Shown piece by piece: positions 59,534 to 64,000 of a stretch of DNA of 64,000 nucleotides (the stretch's first letter is position 1; every line of letters starts with the position of its first letter). The position numbers and the translations under genes are program-made. Source of the stretch: Takakia lepidozioides (lineage: Eukaryota > Plantae > Bryophyta). The notes beneath the pieces were generated by a model that was not told the origin of the DNA, made no database searches, and saw only the letters and a list, made by a program, of their open reading frames with translations. The stretch spans positions 52,700,001 to 52,764,000 of the forward strand of contig CM060733.1 of the NCBI GenBank assembly GCA_030704615.1. Direction: 5' to 3'.

Positions 59534-62500
59534 TCACTGGTCCCCTGGATCCATATTCAGAAGAGTGTGAACCTCCTGGGGGCTCAACCCTGGTGCATGT
59601 ATGAAGTGATGAGTTGTGGAATTACAACGGAGTCTCTTTAGGTACACGTAGTACAAATGCTTGCAAGGGCAGTATGATGCCCCCTTGTTCGCCATGATCT
59701 GGAAGTCGGTGCAATTGCAGGTGGGTAATTCTGAAATGGTGATGGTGTACACCTCATTGCGAACAGCTGAGCCCGCCGTGGCCATCTGATACACACGCCC
59801 GAATCCTGGTGGGGGCACTTCTGTCGAGCTCTGGATTGTACAGTTCATCCGAAGTGCATTCCCCATCCTTGTCTCGTTCACTTTTGAGGGAGGTCGCCGC
59901 CTCTTCGGTTTCCCCCAACGGTGTGTAGGATGCTTAGAGCTGTCGTGTCCCATTGTTCTTGCTCTCACAGGGGTCGGTGGTGGAGGCTGTGGAAGCGGAA
60001 ATGGTTGTCTGGGGACGTCAGTGCGCTGCACCATCCGAAATCCTGCGGCGGTAAGGGCGTCGGCCTCAACCTGACTCAGATCGCAGCCTGGTTCCACCGG
60101 CCACACCGGGGGAGCCTCTGGCATTGTTTGTATGCCGTACTTGGGCTTTCCATACACGCAAGTCATAATGTCGTGCCTGCAGAACCAGAACTGGGTGGTT
60201 GTCGCCTCCGCAAACTTTGCATGGACAAATCTTCCTGTAAAAGTAGGAGCAGGGACAGCCCCATCTGGATTCCTCCTTATCATCTCTAAACAACGTTGCC
60301 GTGTATCCACACGAATTGCGGAACACCTTCCTCGAAACGACGGCTTTGTGCGAGCAATTCTCCACTGTGATGCAGACACAGTCGTCTCCACAATGGCTTG
60401 GCCATACTGCATAACAGCGGGCGGAATGTGGGGCAAGGGAGCGGTGGGAATTTTTGCACGAAATCCCCGGTTGAAGGCGACGGCGATCTGGAATTTCTTG
60501 GGCTTCCACTGCTGGAAGACACATTGTGCGGCAACATGACGGGACCTCGAGGTGCTGTCCGAATGTTCCTGTCGGATCTCCAGGAATCCTCTTCGCACCC
60601 GGGTTCCTCTTCAATCCTCCGCCTGACAGGGCGAGTCCGGACGTCCCCCTCTAGGTGTTCACCTCTGCGGTGCAGAGGCGTCCCTTTGATCTTCTCTCGC
60701 AATGCTGTCGCCCATTTCACTGGATTCTTGGACCTCGAAGCTGTTCGTACCAACAATTCCTCCCTGTCCGGCCCAAAGCCCCATTGTTTGCCGCTCAGGA
60801 ACTTGTAGTACGTGGCTTGCTGCATGATTGCTCTGTCGATGTCCTCCGTTGTGGCCGTCACTACGTCCACCAGATGTGCGGCAGAAGACGCTCGCCAGGA
60901 GGAGTGGACCGATTCTGCCATATTCGTGTTCGGCATGTCCGTGTCGGAATCCAAGCACCGCTCCTAGAAGGACACAAACAATGGTGAGGGACCAATCGAA
61001 ATGTCCGTAACAGAAAGACAAATGAACGAAATTGACAGCAGCCTACCTCCCGCATGTACTGTCCGAACTGTCGATACCGAAAATGCCACCACCCCAACCA
61101 GCTGTGCAATGCTCCCAGATTGGTTGTCTCCACTGCACCTGACGTGTTCCACCAAGCCTCGATGATAGCAAACTTAACCTCCGCGTCATCAAATGTGGGT
61201 GCATCCTTCCACGCCGTACAAAGGACACGGTGTTCAGCCTGGAATGAGCTAGCAACAAATTTGGTAGTGTAGTGGGATAGACTCTGCATCCAATGGAATC
61301 CACAGGATCTCTCTTTCCCCTCCATTGGAACATTGGGGTCCTCACCGTACACACGCCGCACCGCTGCCCAGTTGGCCTGAGCGTTGTCTGCCATGAATCC
61401 CCTGAAATTGGGCTCTGGCAATCCCGCCCTTGCCATCTGCTCGTTTATGCCCTCCCACAGATGCATCTCGGACTGTGTGTCCTCCCCTTTCATCTCGCAG
61501 ATTGCAATCGTCATGAGCCTCTTGGAGTGATAGTCATAAACATGCGCACCCATAGTCACCCACTGATGGTTTGTAATTCGCTTGATGTGATCAAACATCA
61601 CCCAAGCATTCGACAAGTTTCCAGTTGTCATGCGAGTGACCAAGTCGACTCCACTCCCAGGCCCACACGTCGACATTTTGAAAATGTAACAACGATCGGA
61701 TTCGCTGCCTTGCCCTGGAAACCTGCTACCTTGGATGTAGTCATATCCAGTCATTCGTTTCACCTCCAGGATTGAGTACATGTCCGACCCCCTGCCGAAC
61801 TCCTGCTTGCAAGATACGATGTGATTCCGCACATTCGGACTACAAACGTGCGAGACGGACTCCAAGAGGTCACGCATCTCGTCTTCGGTCAAGGGCTCTC
61901 GGTCGGAACCATCTTCAGACATGATTTTGCCAAGAGCAATCTTGTGGGCTGCCTTCAGCTGAATCTGCTTTGGTCTGGCTCCGGGGCTCAATTTCACCTC
62001 CTCTTTTATGATGTCGTGTGCTTCCTGCACAGCCTCACGCATGTTGCCTCTCGCCAAGGGGTGGCAGTGGACCCCAACGTGTATGCAAGCTCTAGTCAAG
62101 TCCGGGAGCAAATGGATTACGTAATATTGCTTGGCTCTGCACATGGACATGCACGTCGGTGGTTCTTTGCAATGTGCACACTTGAAAGAACCCGCAGGAG
62201 CTTGGCTGGAGACAATGAATGGATGATGCGTTGTGCCAGTCCAATCCGTCTCGTTTCTCCGCCCTCCTTTGGAGAGAAAGTGGAAGCAGGTGGGATTGAG
62301 GCACCTCAGCTTCCCCGCACAGAGGACATATCGTACACGAACACCATCAGCAATTTTCGTGCTACTGGTCTTCGTCACACACCAGGGGTGTCCGTCATGC
62401 TTTCGATCCATGTCTGTTAACATCCCGGAGGCTTTCTTTGACGAAGAAACAGGTGGAAACTCGAAGATGACATTGCCATCGACTTCGGGAGGCAGAAAAG

Positions 62501-63140
62501 TTACCTTTCTGACTGGGAATTTGGCATAGTCGAGAGCAGCCAGCTCGGAGCGAGAACCATCGAGGTGATGTTGTCGTAGGAGCTGCACAATGGACCGGGT
62601 TGGAGTTATGCTCGAGGGCACATGCGTAGCACCTACAGAGACGTCCATGCCGGATTTGAACGACCGTGTGGAGGACATGGGTACCTCAATGCAATCATCT
62701 TCCTCGTCGGAAATGTCGAATACGTCCACACGAGAAGCTATGGAGGGTCTTGACGGTCCAGGTCGGGAATGATTATCGTTGCATACCTCTCTGTTGGCAG
62801 TGGCCGCCTCTCGGTTTCCGGACTCCTTTGTGGATGGTGTGGGCAGCGACTGATTCGGAAAGGGAATGGGCATTCCCACAGCTCGGTACAGGATGGTGTC
62901 TGACGGGGGAACGTGCCATTCGATTCCGCAACCTCCGTCGTTACCTAGCACGACAATGGTCTCGTCAACCTGTCCAGGAACATCCTTCCTTTCTTCTTCC
63001 AAATAAACTGTGCCCGGTTTGAGCTTGAATTTGGAACAAAGGTAAGTTTCAGTCACTCTGCAAAGTCCTCCCTCGTTTGGGATCCAGGCTCTCCCAAGTT
63101 GCGGAGGACAGCAAACTATAGCGTAGGAATTCGGAGCCAT
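59534..63140 (-). mobile_element. Mutator-like (MULE) DDE transposase gene with GCM-like Zn domain and C-terminal SWIM, about 1175 aa; one intron (60964-61046) and one frameshift near 60300-60600
   Basis: DGHPW..CAGKLRCLNPTC..CAHC..C..C..CIHVGVHCHP (GCM/WRKY-like). Catalytic-type motifs MFDHIKR, FMADNAQA, SCGFHW and NTNMAESVHS. SWIM YTITI..TCNCTDF..CKHLYYV. The intron has GT..AG borders and joins MRE|ERCLDS in frame. Confidence 0.8.
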
Positions 63141-63567
63141 CGAACACCGCACGGAGTTGGCAAGTGCGAGGTTCAGTATAGCGACAGACCAAGGCTCACA
63201 GGCACCATCTAAGTGGATCTGCGGAGTCCATCGACGATTGGAAGTCGCACATTGAAGTGGAAAGTATTGTTTCAAGCTACATGCATGAAGGTGGGAGGTT
63301 TGATTCCATAGCCAGTGAGTATGACAATGATGGCCGATTCGGCGACGAAATAACATCTCCTGACAGTTTCTCCTGAGGGTGGATCCAGCAGTATTCTCGG
63401 TGCAGACAGGAACGTTCGCACTGACAAGTGCCAGGACTGCTGGTTAAAACGGTCAGACAACCAAGTTGTGCTCATCAAGACTGGCCGCAATTGTGTTGTT
63501 TCGGAACAATGCAACCCATTGAGGTTCCAGATTTCCCGTCCCGAGTGATTCTTTCGATTGCTGGTGG

Positions 63568-64000
63568 ACGGAAATACGGCGCCGCATTTCCGTATTGCAT
63601 CTTGGTCATGCACCAGAGCGACGGAAATGCGGCACCGAGTTTCCGTCCGGGGGAAACCTTTATACTCTCCAGAACGGAAATGCGGTAACGCATTTCCATC
63701 CAGCAAGCACGGTATGTGAAGGTGGAACGGAAATGCGGTACCGCATTTCCGTTCTGATTGAGATTTATGAACAACGGGAACAGAAATGCGGCACCGCATT
63801 TCCGTCCGAGTCGCACTTTTCCGACATTCCAGAACGGAAATGCGGCGCCGCATTTCCATTTTGTATCTGATGCATGGAGCTGAGGGATAGAAATGCTGCA
63901 GCACATTTCCGTCCTTAAAAGACATTCATACTCTCCAGAACGGAAATGCGGTACCGCATTTTCATTCAACAAGCACGGTATGTGAAGGTGGAACGGAAAT
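63568..64000. repeat. Phased palindrome-spacer array: 26-bp palindromic repeat ACGGAAATGCGGnnCCGCATTTCCGT plus 27-28-nt spacers, 53-bp period, running off the window end
   Basis: Repeats start at 63568, 63621, 63674, 63727, 63780, 63834, 63887, 63940 and 63993. Confidence 0.92.

Noticed and set aside
63272-63972. ORFs of 217 and 165 aa over the terminal array
   Set aside because: By-products of the stop-poor palindromic repeat (recurrent RKCGAAFP / GNAVPHFR), not credible proteins.
63568-64000. Calling the palindrome/spacer array a true CRISPR locus
   Set aside because: The context is eukaryotic, no cas genes are present in the window, and the spacers show a 5-unit higher-order duplication. 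It is reported as a CRISPR-like repeat only.

Overview
Eukaryotic land-plant nuclear DNA, probably a non-seed plant (inferred from the Phygy/Athila-like Gypsy elements and PLS-DYW PPR genes). It has one 500-N scaffold gap (33787-34286). The left third holds two apparently intact genes: a 24-exon exocyst subunit SEC10 (3797-16784, +, 840 aa when spliced by hand) and an intronless BSD2 Rubisco-chaperone gene (19657-20100, -). These are followed by a PLS-class PPR gene with an eroded E/DYW tail, an orphan GH3 exon and a tRNA-derived SINE candidate. The rest is mostly nested mobile DNA: two Ty3/Gypsy elements (one with an intact extra ORF upstream of gag), and an L1 LINE split by a 6.3-kb non-autonomous CACTA element (31-bp TIRs, ATT TSD) carrying PPR fragments nearly identical to the neighbouring PPR-DYW pseudogene. 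That pseudogene is itself interrupted by intron-containing nucleoside-hydrolase exons. The window ends in a large (about 1175 aa) spliced Mutator-like DDE/SWIM transposase gene. Upstream of it is a strictly phased array of 26-bp palindromic repeats separated by 27-28-nt variable spacers (53-bp period), which is CRISPR-like in architecture although no cas genes are present. All calls come from reading the sequence and recalling family motifs; no database searches were run.
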